Assembly (NCBI RefSeq): GCF_035084215.1
Contig: NC_090336.1
Location: 51,832,001 to 51,896,000, forward strand
Direction: 5' to 3'
DNA: 64,000 nucleotides
From: Heptranchias perlo
Lineage: Eukaryota
Below the pieces are notes generated by a model. The model saw only the letters and a list, made by a program, of their open reading frames with translations. It made no database searches and was not told where the DNA came from. Each line of letters begins with the position of its first letter. Position 1 is the stretch's first letter. A program made the position numbers and the translations under genes. Shown in pieces: positions 1 to 12,935 of the stretch.

Positions 1-278
1 GAACATAAATATCCAAATATTGAAAATGGTATTTGTGCATGAAAGTAGTGAATCCTCATTGTTGTACTTCAGCAATATGCTCCATTTGACTGAATTCATG
101 AATACTGTTGTAGAGGCTTGTAGATAGAAATGATCCTGAGTGAGTAATTACAATAAATAAGACAGAGCCTCAGAGACAAAAGATGTGAAAATCTCAAGTT
201 AGAATTGCAGACTGCTGACTGACAAATCCTTTCGGTATTGTCCCCAGCGTTCAGAACTGGTACAGACACCGGGGGCGA

Positions 279-450
279 GGGGGTAATTTTAACCTAACTC
301 GACGAGCAGGAAATCCATGGGATTGGGTGGAACGCCAGTTTCACACCCTGCCGAATATTACCCTGCCGAAAATCGGGCGGGGTGTAAAACCAGCATTGCA
401 CCTGATCCCGTCAGTTTCCCGATGGGCGGGTTAGGTTAAAATTGCCCCCC
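279..450. mobile_element. Palindromic MITE (PIF/Harbinger-like ends)
   Basis: Terminal inverted repeat GGGGGTAATTTTAACCTAAC ... GTTAGGTTAAAATTGCCCCC. Internal arms are also complementary (tttcacaccctgccga / tcgggcggggtgtaaaa). Confidence 0.75.
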
Positions 451-1315
451 AGAACTCTGTGGGGGGAGCGGTGTTTGTGTTTTTCTGTGAAGCTACAGAA
501 AGGTTCTTATGCTCAACTGTTATTAAAAAGCAAATGACAGCTTCACAAAAGAACTGTTCTACCTCTTCACAGGGGAAAATAGGCCACTTTGTGTTTCACA
601 AGTGAGAATAAATGAGTTTACATTTCATCATTAAGGGGCAGGAATGATGAATTTCTAACTCAAAATAAACCATTAAACAATACAATACATAAAACTGGTG
701 TACTTATAGCATTAGCAGCACAGAGAAGGCATGTTAAGCTAACATTATCTTAATGATCTTTAAGTCAATATGCATTTCTTTCATTACCGATCATTTACAA
801 AATGTGTAATTATCACAGAAAAGCAATGATCAGCTTCTTTCCACTACAAGTAGTAATGGGACAGGCTGTTTATAGTGCACTATTACAGTTTGTACCAAGG
901 AGTAATAAATATGGCAAATGAACTGACTGGTGTGTTGACTAGGGGGAGTACTTAGTTTTGCCCACGGGTTTCTTATGTACCATTAAACATAGCAGGGAGA
1001 ATAGAGAACATTACCAACTTCATCAACAAATTGGACCATGTGCTGTAAAGCTAAAATGTTTTACCTAGTGTGCTAGAATTTGCATTGCTGTAATAGATGC
1101 AAACAAACTAACTGGAAAGAGTTTTGATCAGGAAAATCCATATTTAATCAAATTTATGAATCAGATGAATTCCAATCAACAAAGTTCGAAGTTTTCACTT
1201 TAGCCCAACTCTTTCAATAGCATAGCACATTTCATTTTGAAGGACTGAATCTTGCTGTGTTGCTGTCAATGCAGAAATAGTCAATCTGGTCAGCCACAAG
1301 AAAACAGACACCAAT

Positions 1316-3190
1316 GGGCTCGATTTTAAAAGGGCGGCAGGATGGCAGTGGGGGGGGGTGGGGGGTCAATGGGCGCGCGGCAACCCCGACGAATAAAAGC
1401 TTTCCTTTCCCCACGCGATTGTGACTTAATTGGTGGCCATTAATGTTGTTTCCGGGTTTGCCGTCCGAAAGCTGCACAGTGGGCGGACTGCGCACCCGCA
1501 TGACAGGCTGTCAGCTGGAGCGTCTGTATTTGAAGGGCCATTGCACCAATGGATTTTAACGGAGCAAAGACCAAGACCACCCAATGGAGCAGCACAGGGG
1601 CAAGGCTGCTCCAAGATTCACTTCAGCTGCTACCGGCTGGGGTGAGGAGGAGGAGGAGGGAACTATTTTACCCGGCCGAATGGAGGAAGGGCCCTGCCTC
1701 TGCCAACAAGGCGGCCTGGCTCGAGGTGGCAGAGGAGGTCACCAGCAGCAGCAACATATCCCGCACCTGGGTCCAGTGCAGGGTGTGTTTCAATGACCTA
1801 ACTAGGTCAGCAAAAGTGAGTACACTTACTGATACTCCTACATTCCATGGTACACATCACTCCCACCCCCCCACCCCAACTCATTCTGCACTGCCAAGAC
1901 TACTCCATCGCATCACTCCTCACACCCACTTAAGGCTCATCCTCAACTTACTTGCACTTCCTGAGCACTTCTTCACCTCCCCATTTGTGACCCCACCACT
2001 ACCACTCACCCCAATCCTGATCCAATGTGATGTCTCTGTCTCATATTCACCCTCTGACGCACCGCTTTCACGGTCAGCCTCACCCAAAGCAATGCATTCA
2101 TCGGCTGACCACTTCACCATCACTCACTCACATGTCTATATTTTCTCCCCTTCTAGAAGAGAACGCAAAATGCACACGAGAGGTCGAGGACTGGAGGGGG
2201 GACACAACAAATAGTGGTCCTCACGTGTGTCACCAGACGTTTGTCCCAACATCACACACAACATGAATTGATGTTAACAATGATTGGCATGTTGAACACC
2301 TCAGTATGCTCATCGCAATATGACGCATCCGTGATGATGCTTAAATATTGCCTTCTGTTCTCTTACTGGCCCTTCAACGACGCAGTGATGGCAGAGGGCG
2401 ATTCCTCAGAGGAGCTCCCAGCCTCTGACGGCGCATCATCACATCTTAGCGAGCCATCCGCCAGTGCAGATAGGGTCCTAGTAGTCAGTTAGTTGGGTTG
2501 GCACCTGGTGAGTCACCACACACAAGTGAGCACGAGCAGACACTGGTAGCAGGGGCAACTGTGGAGAGTCCGCGTCGGTGGGCGCACGCCTCTCCAGGCT
2601 CTGCTCAGCTGGACGTAGATGCTGAACCCCAGAGGCCATCCTTTAAAAGGAGAATGATCGAGGGACTGCAGCACATTTGCGAGGTACTGGAACAGGTGCC
2701 ACGCACACTCTCCACAATAGCGCAGATGATGGAGGAGTTGAACTCCTGCATTAGTAGAATGGTGGCACAGGTACGGGACCCATCGTGCATCCCCCCACAT
2801 CCTGATGGTGTCAGTTTGAGGGGGTCTGAAAAGTTGGTAAATATGCGTAAACAGAACACTTCTGGGTGGAAACCAAGAATTCTCAGTCTAAACACAAAGA
2901 TCTCCCAGCCAAAAGTTTGTCTGAGAGAACTGAGTGCCCTGCTACAGTAACTCACCTTTTATTCCCATCTGCCAAACAGGCATTTAAATGTCCAAATGGC
3001 AATAAAATGTCCTTCACCATGGCGTGTTTCACACAGCAGGGGAAGCATGCTGAGGCAGCATTGGAATCACTTGCCAGCATAATTAATTACATTCATGCAC
3101 GTTTCAAGTACTTTAAGTACCTGATTTCTTGGTTTAAATATCGACCCGCCAGCTTTAATTGCCGGCGGGACTTCCGGGTTCGGGAACGGT
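1316..3190 (+). mobile_element. Internally deleted PIF/Harbinger DNA transposon carrying a decayed Myb/SANT accessory gene
   Basis: Left end GGGCTCGATTTT and a Myb/SANT-like coding remnant inside. No DDE transposase ORF is visible. The right end is obscured by the adjacent CR1. Confidence 0.7.
1584..2213 (+). pseudogene. Harbinger Myb/SANT-like DNA-binding protein, spliced, frameshifted
   Basis: MEQHRGKAAPRF, then a frameshift to RRRELF...KAAWLEVAEEV...RTWVQCRVCFNDLTRSAK. Donor gtgagt at 1816 and acceptor ttctag at 2156 join in frame to KRTQNAHERSRTGGG; TGGG is typical of this family. Confidence 0.75.
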
Positions 3191-3214
3191 CAACCACTTT
3201 GGACCTAAAAAGGA

Positions 3215-3980
3215 TCGATCAGAATACCTTCTAAATGGTGAAAAGCTCAAAACAGTGGAGGTCCAAAGAGACTTAGGGGCCCATGTACATTGATCATTAA
3301 AATATCATGGACAGGTACAGAAAATAATCAAAAAGGCTAGTGGAATGCTGGCCTTTATATCTAGAGCACTAGAATACAAAGGAGTAAAAGTTATGCTACA
3401 GCTATACAAAACCCTGGTTAGACCACACCTGGAGTACTGTGTTTAGCTCTGGGCACCACACCTTAGAAAGGAAATAGTGGCCTTGCAGAGAGTGCAGCGT
3501 AGATTTACTCAAATGATACCTGGACTCCAAGGGTTAAATTACGAGGAAAGATTACACAAACTAAGGTTTTATTCCCCGGAATTTAGAAGATTGAGGGGTG
3601 ATTTGATCAAAGTTTTCAAGATATTCAGGGGAACTGATGGGCGAGATGGAGAGACACTATTTCCACTGGTCGAAGAGTCTTGGACTAGGGGACATTGCCT
3701 AAAAATTAGAGCCAGGACTTTCAGGAGTGAAATTAGGAAACACTTCTACATGCAAAGGGGGGGGAAGAAGTTTGGAATTCTCTTCCGCAAAGGGCAGCTG
3801 ATGCTAGCACAATTGTTAATTTTATATCTGAGATTGATGGATTTTTGTTAACCAAAGGTATGAAGGGATATGGGGCTAAGGCGGGTATATGGAGTTAGGT
3901 CACAGATCAGCCATGATCTCACTGAATGGCGGAACAAGCTTGAGGGGTTAAATGGCCTACTACTGGTCCTATGTTCCTAT
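3215..3980 (+). mobile_element. CR1 LINE, 5'-truncated 3' fragment
   Basis: ORF2 C-terminal motifs (LVRPHLEYC, VQRRFT, RRLRGDLI, TRGH) and a ctatgttcctat tail. Confidence 0.9.
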
Positions 3981-6028
3981 TAATGATATGCTAATTAAGT
4001 TGTATGGACTAGAATTGGTAGAGACAATTACATGCTCGATGAATCCAATCTTATTGGCCCTGTGGAAATGTCATCCAAGGAATGCAAAAGCCAGGGCTTT
4101 GTAAAGTACGTTCGATAATATTCTGGAGTTTCTGTTCAGTTAAATTAAGGAGTCTGGGAGAATTTTCACAGTTTCTCTTTTATGAAGGTTTCACTTGTCA
4201 CCTGCAATCAATAGATTAAACCTACTGGGAAACACCATGGCAGGTTGAGTTGTATATTGTCAGGGAGGAGTGAACTCTATGTAACAAATGGCCTTTCTTT
4301 GTTCCAAGTCTGTAATCTGATATAAACACACACCACAAGCTCCATGTTTGCAAAAGCAAAAAGGAGGAAAGGTGACAGGCTGAGAAATGGGTACTTCACA
4401 GAAAAGAAAATCAGCTTTCTAATAGCTGTGACCATGAAAAGAAAAGGGATTAAGGACCTATGGGAAGCCATCCCAGAATGAAGTGTACACATTGTGTTTG
4501 GGAACAAACAATCAACACCTCGATGGCATGTCAAAACCAATAAAAAAAACTGTAATGAAATTTGTGGTATTCCTTCCATGAAAAGGTGAACTAAGGATGA
4601 GCTGCTTATTCAAGTCCAAGAAACACAGTCTTGGTAACAAGAGAAGACATTCTGAAGGAGCAGACAACTGACCAGCTTCTCACCCAGAGGTCTTTTCAGA
4701 TCTGGATGAAATACATGGCCGTAATGATGAAATCAAAGCACTTTCATGTGTGTGTCATGTTTCATCCTATTATATTTCATTGTGTGAATTGTCTCGATAA
4801 ACAGAATGATGGCAGACTGGAGATACCTAAACACCCTCAAAATGCATAGCATGGTCAACAGAGTTTAAAGTTACATTGCTTTGGACAATGGAGTCCACAT
4901 CCTTTAGAAAGTTAAGAAAAAATAATCTACAGGAGCAGACAATTTATTCAGGCAGTGGCCCCAAAAATCCGCAGGCACATTCCTGCGGAATCCATCAGAA
5001 GGGCAGCAAATTAGGCTGAGACCCAGATATGCAGTTCCCAATTGGCCCCGTGGGAGCAGAGATTCTGCCAGCCCCAAACAAGGCTTGCAGCATAACAGGG
5101 GGCCAAGGGACGCCCTACATTTGGAGTTCCCATTTTCCTGGTCCTCAGCTGGATCCCAGCGTAGGCTTGATGGAGTTACACGTATCCGTACGCTGAAGGG
5201 TGGAAAAGGTGCTCACCTGGGGTTAGGGAGCGAATTCCATGTCGTGGGTCTTAGGTAGCTGAAGGCACAGCCGCCATTGGTGGGATGAAAGTGGAGGCCA
5301 GAGTTAGAGGGACAAAGAGTTCTGGGGTAGGGGGTCATAGCATTGAGCAAGTTACAGACACAAGCGGCGTGATTTTAACCCCCAACGACTGTAAGATTCT
5401 CAAAATTCACAGATCCCCCAAAACTCGGAGAAAAACCCTAAAGAAAAGGACGATGGACTCTTATCTAACCATTTCAGGGTGATGAAATATTGGGCCTAAC
5501 AGAGAGTGATTCAAGGTCAAAAACCAAGATTTGGTATTTTAAAAACGGCATGTTTGGGCTTGTAAAGGAAAAAAAGGCTGCAACAGGAGTTGGGATCAAC
5601 CTCTGTAATAGACGGTTTGAGTACTAGAGTTAATCAAACTGTCTGGGGAACTGTGTGACCTCACTCAGCCCCTACCAGACATTTACATTCAGACAATAGA
5701 CCCACGGAAGAGCAGTCCCCACCCAAATTACAGGACCCATCCAAAACATGCATAAAACAAATCCAATCAGCCCACTCCATAGAAATCTCAGGCCCAGTCA
5801 GGAAACTCAGAACCTGAGCACAATGACTACAATCAAGCAAGAGCTCAACAACTCATGAAACCATCCCGAAACCACTTCACACATTTCATAAACAAGTTAC
5901 TCTTAACGAGCCAGCCAAAATCTTACAATAAACCGGGTCAGATTTGGCACGCAGATAAGGAGGCTTCAATTAGTATATGTAAGGAATCTTACAACACCAG
6001 GTTATAGTCCAACTGTTTTATTTGAAAA

Positions 6029-6065
6029 TCACAAGCTTTCGGAGGCTTTCTCCTTTGTCAGGTGA
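6029..6065 (-). ncRNA. Hammerhead copy in the inverted arm with a core mutation (CTGACAA)
   Basis: Reverse complement of 8012-8048 with G>A in the CUGANGA box. Confidence 0.6.
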
Positions 6066-6731
6066 GTGTGGGATTCCATGGAAGGTACCGCATTTATAGT
6101 CAGAGAACAATACCTGGTGATTACAGATAAACTTTCCAACTGCCCGTTGTCAAGGCAATCAAAGTGTTCAGACAGAGAGATGTTACCTTCAGGACCACCT
6201 AATTTCCAAACGGCCAGAACAAAAGACAGAGAGAGAGAGAGAAACATCCAAAAGGAAGAGAAAGAGAGAGAATGACCCGTTGTATTAAAAACAGATAACT
6301 TTTTTTCGCTGGTGGGGTAACGTGTAGCGTGACATGAACCCAAGATCCCGGTTGAGGCCGTCCTCATGGGTGCGGAACTTGGCTATCAATTTCTGCTCGA
6401 CGATTTTGCGTTGTCGTGTGTCTCGAAGGCCACCTTGGAGAACGCTTACCCAAAGATCGGTGGCTGAATGTCCTTGACTGCTGAAGTGTTCCCCGACTGG
6501 GAGGGAACCCTCCTGTCTGGCGATTGTTGCGCGGTGTCCGTTCATCCGTTGTCGCAGTGTCTGCATGGTCTCGCCAATGTACCAAGCTCCGGGGCATCCT
6601 TTCCTCCAACGTATGAGGTAGACAACGTTGGCCGAGTCACAGGAGTATGAACCATGTACCTGGTGGGTGGTGTCCTCTCATGTGATGGTGGTATCTGTGT
6701 CGATGATCTGGCATGTCTTGCAGAGGTTGCC

Positions 6732-7766
6732 GATAACATCAACAAGTTCCATCCCACCATCAAGCTCACCATGGACTACTCCTCAGAATCGGTTTCTTTC
6801 TTGGACACACGAATCTCCATCAAAGACGGGCACCTCAGCACCTCACTCTACCGCAAGCCCACGGACAACCTCACGATGTTCCACTTTTCCAGCTCCCACC
6901 CTAACCACGTCAAAGAGGCCATTCCCTATGGACAGGCCCTGCGAATACACAGGTTCTGCTCAGACGAGGAGGAACACGATGGACACCTACAGACACTGAA
7001 AGACGCCCTTCTAAGAACGGGATATGACGCTCGACTCGTCGATCGACAGTTCCGACGGGCCACAGCGAAAAATCGCATAGACCTCCTCAGAAGACTAACA
7101 CGGGAAGCAACCAACAGAGTACCCTTCGTCGTCCAGTACTTCCCCGGAGCGGAGAAACTACGCCATGTTCTCCGCAGCCTTCAACATGTCATCGATGACG
7201 ACGAACACCTCACTATGGCCATCCCCACACCTCCACTACTCGCCTTCAAACAGCCACCCAACCTCAAACAGACCATCGTTCGCAGCAAATTACCTAGCTT
7301 TCAGGAGAACAGCGTCCACGACACCACACAACCCTGCCATGGCAACCTCTGCAAGACATGCCAGATCATCGACACAGATACCACCATCACACGAGAGGAC
7401 ACCACCCACCAGGTACATGGTTCATACTCCTGTGACTCGGCCAACGTTGTCTACCTCATACGTTGCAGGAAAGGATGCCCCGGAGCATGGTACATTGGCG
7501 AGACCATGCAGACGCTGCGACAACGGATGAACGGACACCGCGCAAAAATCGCCAGACAGGAGGGTTCCCTCCCAGTCGGGGAACACTTCAGCAGTCAAGG
7601 ACATTCAGCCACCGATCTTCGGGTAAGCGTTTTCCAAGGTGGCCTTCGAGACACATGACAACGCAAAATCGTCGAGCAGAAATTGATAGCCAAGTTCCAC
7701 ACCCATGAGGACGGCCTCAACCGGGATCTTGGGTTCATGTCACGCTACACGTTACCCCACCAGTGA
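6732..7766 (+). pseudogene. Penelope RT C-terminus/thumb, Cys linker and GIY-YIG endonuclease (truncated, premature stop)
   Basis: INKFHPTIKLT..VSFLD..LYRKPT..SSHP; CHGNLCKTC; VVYLIRC...WYIGET...RMNGHR...GLN. TGA at 7656-7658 where the inverted copy has CGA. Confidence 0.9.
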
Positions 7767-8011
7767 AAAAAAGTTATCTGTTTTTAATACAACGGGTCAT
7801 TCTCTCTCTTTCTCTTCCTTTCGGATGTTTCTCTCTCTCTCTCTCTCTGTCTTTTGTTCTGGCCGTTTGTGTATTCGGTGGTCCTGTAGGTAACATCTCT
7901 CTGTCTGAACACTTTGATTGCCTTGACAACGGGCAGTTGGAAAGTTTATCTGTAATCACCAGGTATTGTTCTCTGACTATAAATGCGGTAACCTTCCATG
8001 GAATCCCACAC

Positions 8012-8048
8012 TCACCTGACGAAGGAGAAAGCCTCCGAAAGCTTGTGA
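8012..8048 (+). ncRNA. Minimal type I hammerhead ribozyme in the Penelope 3' repeat
   Basis: TCAC-CTGACGA-A-GGAG(AAAGC)CTCC-GAAA-GCTT-GTGA: core boxes, stem I, stem II and palindromic AAGCTT in place of stem III. Confidence 0.8.
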
Positions 8049-9926
8049 TTTTCAAATAAAACAATTGGACTATAACCTGGTGTTGTAAGATTCCTGACAT
8101 TTGTCAACCCCAGTCCATCACCGGCATCTCCACATCAATTAGTATAATTGAAGGCCCATTTTCTCAAGAAGTTCAGTTCAGCCAGGAGCTCGACAGCTCG
8201 GGAGACAACAGTTCAACAAGGCGAGGGGGCAACAGAAAGAAGTTCAACAGAGAAGGTCAGCAGCTCTAGAAGCAGGCCGACACACAAGAAGAAACCAGAG
8301 CAACAGCCCCAGTGACCATCAGACACCGCGCGGCAACAAGGGCCTTACGAAACAACCAACCGAATATTACCACCAACCAACCGGGTAATATTGAGCCACC
8401 GCGACCAAAGAAAACTAACTTGGGAGAAAACCGAAGATCCGCAAAGTTTCCACTCTACAATCTATTCCTGACTTACCCCTGGGTGAGTTTTCTACTCAAA
8501 AGAATCTAAATCCTATCACTTTACGAAGAAAAGTGGGTACTCACCCTACCGTATCAGCGGACTCGCGAAGACTGACCAGCTACGCAGTTGAAGTCCTCTA
8601 CCGCGTCCGGGGTACGGCAGACACTAACCAACACATACTGCGAACCCCGAAATCACGAACCAGCTCAACTGTCAAGGATTCGTTTGGTGAGCATTATCTC
8701 TGGTCCTTTAAAGCCCAACTTAGCTAGTAAGGGATTGGGAGGGGTGAGGTATCTTTCTACTGTAATTTCCCTCGTGTGTACCAAAGTGTTCCCCATTTTA
8801 TTAGAGTGTTAAGATTGTTGTGTTGTATTTCCTCTCTTGAATAAAGATCAAAGTTTCTTGCACCAAAACCAGTTGTCTGCTACACTTTTGTCACAACCCC
8901 TAAATAAGTCTAAGGTCGAGAACCAAGGGAGTGGGAGCGATTCGAACCGCTCAGAAGTCAGAGGTGAAGCTGACACATACCACCACCCCCTACAGGATGG
9001 GTGGGTTAAGGGCGGGTAGCAAGGTAAAAATTGTCAAAGTGTAAAATTCGACCCCAACCCATCTACTTCCGGTTTTAAGAGGGAGGGTCAGGCGGCAGGT
9101 GACCAATCAGCTCTCAGGAGGCGAGTCAGTCAGTGAAATCTTTTAAGGAGGCTGCAAACCTCCATTTTAACATCATTTTTATTTTTTAACTCCTGGGGTC
9201 CGGGATTCCCCGACCTTCTGATTCTCGCCAAGTAAGAGGAGGCGAGAAGGCCCAGATCAACAGGTAAGTGCCTTTATTTCACTGTTTGTGAGCCAGGAGA
9301 AGCAGGAGTGTTTCCTCCAGGCCCAACAAGCCCATCTGCCGCGGTCCATCACACACTATCGGCCGACCCCCCCCTCCCCCCCCCCAACGATGTTGTTCCA
9401 CCTCCCTGATGTCTCCGACCCCCACCCCAAACAACACCACCCTCCCCACCCCCACTCCCGCTCTCCATGACTTAGAGTAAAGATCCACAAGAAGTGGCAA
9501 TACCATGAACGAATTTAAACATGAGGATGAGAATTTTAAACTTAATGCTTTGGGGTACTGGGAGTAATGTAGGTCAGCGATGACAGAAGCAATTGGTGGT
9601 AGGGGGCCGGATTTGGTACAGGAGAAGATACGGGCAGCATAGTTTTGGATGTGCTGAAGCATACAGCGGGTAGAGGATGGGCATCCGTCCAGGAGACCAG
9701 CTGAAGGCATTTGCGGCTCATCTAAAGCTTCTGTTGTTAAACAAGTATTCTGACAACACTGAGACCACAGTTGGGTCAAGAAATGCGGTGGAGAGGTAAA
9801 GCTGGCTGTAGTCAGTGTACATATGGAAGCTGACCCAATGTCTGTGACTGATGTCACCAAGAGGCAGCATAAAGACAAGGAAGAGAAGGGGATCAAGTTG
9901 GATCCTTTGGAGAGTCTGAAGATAAT

Positions 9927-10659
9927 GGCCAAGATTTTCCTGGCGAATGACAAATGTGCTGTTAAACTCAAATATCAAAAGTTGCTGTCCGTGTTTCCCT
10001 CTGATCTGCTTTTAAGCTTTGCGAAAACGGCATCGCGCTGCTGGCTCACCATTGAAATACAGTGAAATGGCATGAAGTTGCTGTATTTGCGCTGTAGATA
10101 TGAACTAAACTCGCCACACAAAGTTAAGTTTTGTCTATTCCGTTCTAAGTTCCTTTTTAACGACCTCGTAAACGTTCATTACTGCCAAACAACCTCTCTG
10201 GCATTGAAAATTAACTATTACAAGTGTGGAGTTTCATTCCTTCAGGTTTCAATTATTATTGGAGATTTTTAAAATGTAAAATTTAAAATTAAAAAAAAAG
10301 TTTTACTTTTCCTTTCTGTCTCTTTTTTCTCTCTCTCTCTTAATCCAATCTTTCTTTCCCTCTCTTTATTTCTCTTTCTGTACCTGATTTAACATTGAAT
10401 TCACCCACTTTGATTTACATTTCCTTGTTAGTCCTTGCGCTGTTAATTTCACAATCCTTCAATCTGATTGGTTAAGGAGAGACACAATTGCTTGCCTTGT
10501 TCACTCAGGTCCCAGATGCCCTGTTTCTCTCACTGTGACGTTATCAGCTCGCACTTTCAGCAACTTACCACGCAAAACACTTAAAAACCTAAACCAGCAA
10601 GGGCAAGCCTAACTAATGGTAGATAGCGTTGGATGCCCTGCTACAGCAAAATTTGGCGC
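9927..10659 (+). mobile_element. About 730-bp non-autonomous DNA transposon (MITE family A)
   Basis: GGCCAAGATTTT ... AAAATTTGGCGC ends. Body is shared with 28155-28875, 35300-36048 and 41890-44480. Confidence 0.75.
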
Positions 10660-10902
10660 ATAGGTTAATTGGTGCAAAGAGAAGTCATTGATGGAGATGC
10701 ACTGGCTATGGCTATGGCTAGATAAGAATGGAACCAAGAGAGGGCAGTACTACTGAGCTGGACAATGGAGGAGAGGCATTGGAGGAGGACGGTGTGGTAA
10801 ACTCAGTCATAGCAGTTGAGGAGAATGAAAAGGGATAGTGCACCATGGTCACATTCACAGGATGTCATTGGTGATTTTGGTTCGGGCCATTTCAGTACTG
10901 AG

Positions 10903-11385
10903 AACATAAGAACATAAGAAATAGGAGCATGGCTGATCTTCTACCTCAACACCATTTTCCTGCACTATCCCCACATCCCTTGATGCCTTTAATATCTACA
11001 AATCTATTGATCTCTGTTTTGAATGTACTCAATGACTGAGCCTCCACACCCCCCTGGGGTAGAGAATTCCAAAGATTCACCACCCTCTGAGTGAAGAAAT
11101 TTCTCCTCATCTCAGTCCTAAATGGCCTACCCTTTATTCTGAGACTCTGACCCCTGGTTCTAGATTCCCCAGCCAGGGGAAACATCCTCCCTGCATCTAC
11201 CCTGTCGAGCCCTGTAAGAATTTTGTATGTTTCAATGAGATCACCTCTCATTTTTCTAAACTCTAGAGAATACAGGCCTAGTCTACTCAATCTCTCCTCA
11301 TACAACAATCCCACCATCCCAGAAATCAGTCTGGTGAACCTTCGTTGCACTCCCTCGATGGCAAGTATATCCTTTCTTATGTAAG
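10903..11385 (-). mobile_element. CR1 LINE 3' fragment
   Basis: ORF 10946-11350 has QRRFTRLI, RGDLIE, RRNFFTQRVV; the tail is (gaacataa)n. Confidence 0.92.
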
Positions 11386-11929
11386 GTAGAGGCAGAAATC
11401 TGATTGGAGAGATTCAAAAAGGGAGTTGCAGGAACGATGAGTATGGATTTGAAGCATTACAGAAATTAATACTATGTACAGTAACAGAGTATGTTACAAG
11501 AAGATTGCAATGGGCGGGTCTTGTTTGTCATGTTGATAAAGGCTAGCACCCTTGGATTTGGTCCCAGCTGGGAAAACGCTTTGTACGAGAGCATTGGTGA
11601 GATGGGTAGGAATGTATATGTGAACAACAAATCAATGGAAGAATGACAATGGGTCAGCGGCAGAAGGAAAAACATAACAGTGATGGTTTTGCGGCACTTG
11701 TCAACCTGGTTATGATGACAGAGTTGACTAGTTCAACCGTTGAAGCGACATTATCATTTTAGTTGATAAAGGCAACAAACCCAGTCTTTGTGATTTGTTC
11801 AAATTGTCTGTGATTGGTTAAAGGGACTTCTAGATCTGAATTTCCTCTGATGAATAAAGAAGGGTAGGAATTGGTATGCATTGTGCCCGTTTTTCAGGCT
11901 TAAAATGGGCGCCACGACCTGTGCGGCCC

Positions 11930-12008
11930 AAACTGAGGCCCTGTCTGCTCTTTCAGCTGGATGTAAATGATCCAATGGCACTAATTGAATACGAGCAGGG
12001 GAGTTCTA
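11930..12008 (+). mobile_element. Deu-domain SINE fragment
   Basis: gaggccctgtctgctc...atccaatggcacta...gagcaggggagttct matches the core of the SINE at 19567-20030. Confidence 0.6.
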
Positions 12009-12479
12009 CTCGATTAGGTCACTCGGCACAGTACAGGGGATGAGTCTGGCCTTTCCTGGCTTTTATGGCTAACTAATTGGGGATAAACAAACTGACTCAC
12101 TGCTCAGCTTTTATGCCCCCACTTCCATTAACATTTTATATACTAGGCCTTTCCTTAATCTTTTGACTTCGAATGCCAAGTATTTTAATTTCTCATGATG
12201 CAGATTGCCTAAAAAATCCTGGCTTAATAAGCCACATGTGTGTTTACTTTAATTCTAGAGACACTTTGTTTATCTCGACTGAATTTTGCACTCCTATGTT
12301 CCTCAGCATCTGGCATAAGTACTGCAGTTACCCAGACAAGCAACAGGAAGAACCTCCTGTCACTTCAACCTAATATTGTAGCAAGGGGTTTCCAGGAATC
12401 TCAATTTCCCCAGTAAAGATATTCAGCCTCTTCCTCCTCTTGTAGCAGTAACAGAACAGAGCAAATTATTGCCATTTAA

Positions 12480-12875
12480 TCTTAGCAGATTAAGGGGAGA
12501 TTTAATCCAGATGTTCAAAATTATGAAGAGTTTTGATAGAGTAATTAAGGAGAAACTGTTTCCAGTGGCAGAAGGGTCAGTAACCAGAGGGCACAAATTT
12601 AAGATAATTGGCAAAAGAACCAGAGGCAAGATGAGGACAATTGTTTTTATGCAGCAAGTTGCTATGATCTGAAATGCACTGCCTGAAAGGGAGGTGGAAA
12701 CAGATTCAATAATAACTTTCAAAAGGGAATTGGATAAATACTTGAAGGAGAAAAATGTGCAGGGTTATGGGGAAAGGGCAGGGGAAGGGACTAGTTGGAT
12801 AGCTCTTTCAAAGAGCCAGCACAGGCACGATGGGACGAATGGCTTCCTTCTGTGCTGTATCATTCTATGATTCTA
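12480..12875 (+). mobile_element. CR1 LINE 3' fragment
   Basis: RLRGDLIQMFKIM..TRGH; attctatgattcta tail. Confidence 0.9.
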
Positions 12876-12935
12876 GTAATAAATTTTCCTGGCTCATGAT
12901 CTGGCAAATTGTTCTACTAGGTTAAACAATTTAAC

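Larger units (their letters stand above)
5978..8135 (+). mobile_element. Penelope-like retroelement, 5'-truncated, with an inverted duplicate of its 3' part (5978-6731 minus; 6732-8135 plus)
   Basis: RT C-terminus plus GIY-YIG. 5978-6731 is the reverse complement of about 7341-8100. TSD CAATTAGTATA at 5967-5977 and 8136-8146. Confidence 0.95.
5390..8994 (+). mobile_element. Solo LTR (about 1.4 kb; 5390-5977 plus 8147-8994) interrupted by Penelope
   Basis: TGTA...TACA termini, a TATA-like agtataa at the interruption and AATAAA at about 8840. Flanks CGAC/GGAT are at best a decayed 4-bp TSD. Confidence 0.55.
5365..9470 (+). mobile_element. Harbinger-type MITE split by the solo-LTR insertion (pieces about 5365-5389 and 8995-9470)
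   Basis: gattttaacccccaacgac at 5371-5389 continues as gggtgggttaagggcggg after 8998. The body resembles the MITE at 30787-31477. Confidence 0.55.
9480..11450 (-). mobile_element. Old L2 LINE fragment, interrupted by a MITE and a CR1
   Basis: Minus-strand QNYAARI at about 9640 and STEMARTKITNDI at about 10860-10900. The RT remnant resumes at about 11385. Confidence 0.75.

Noticed and set aside
6654-7658. 334-aa ORF as an intact gene
   Set aside because: Its first 26 codons come from the antisense inverted arm. The RT core is missing and there is a premature stop.
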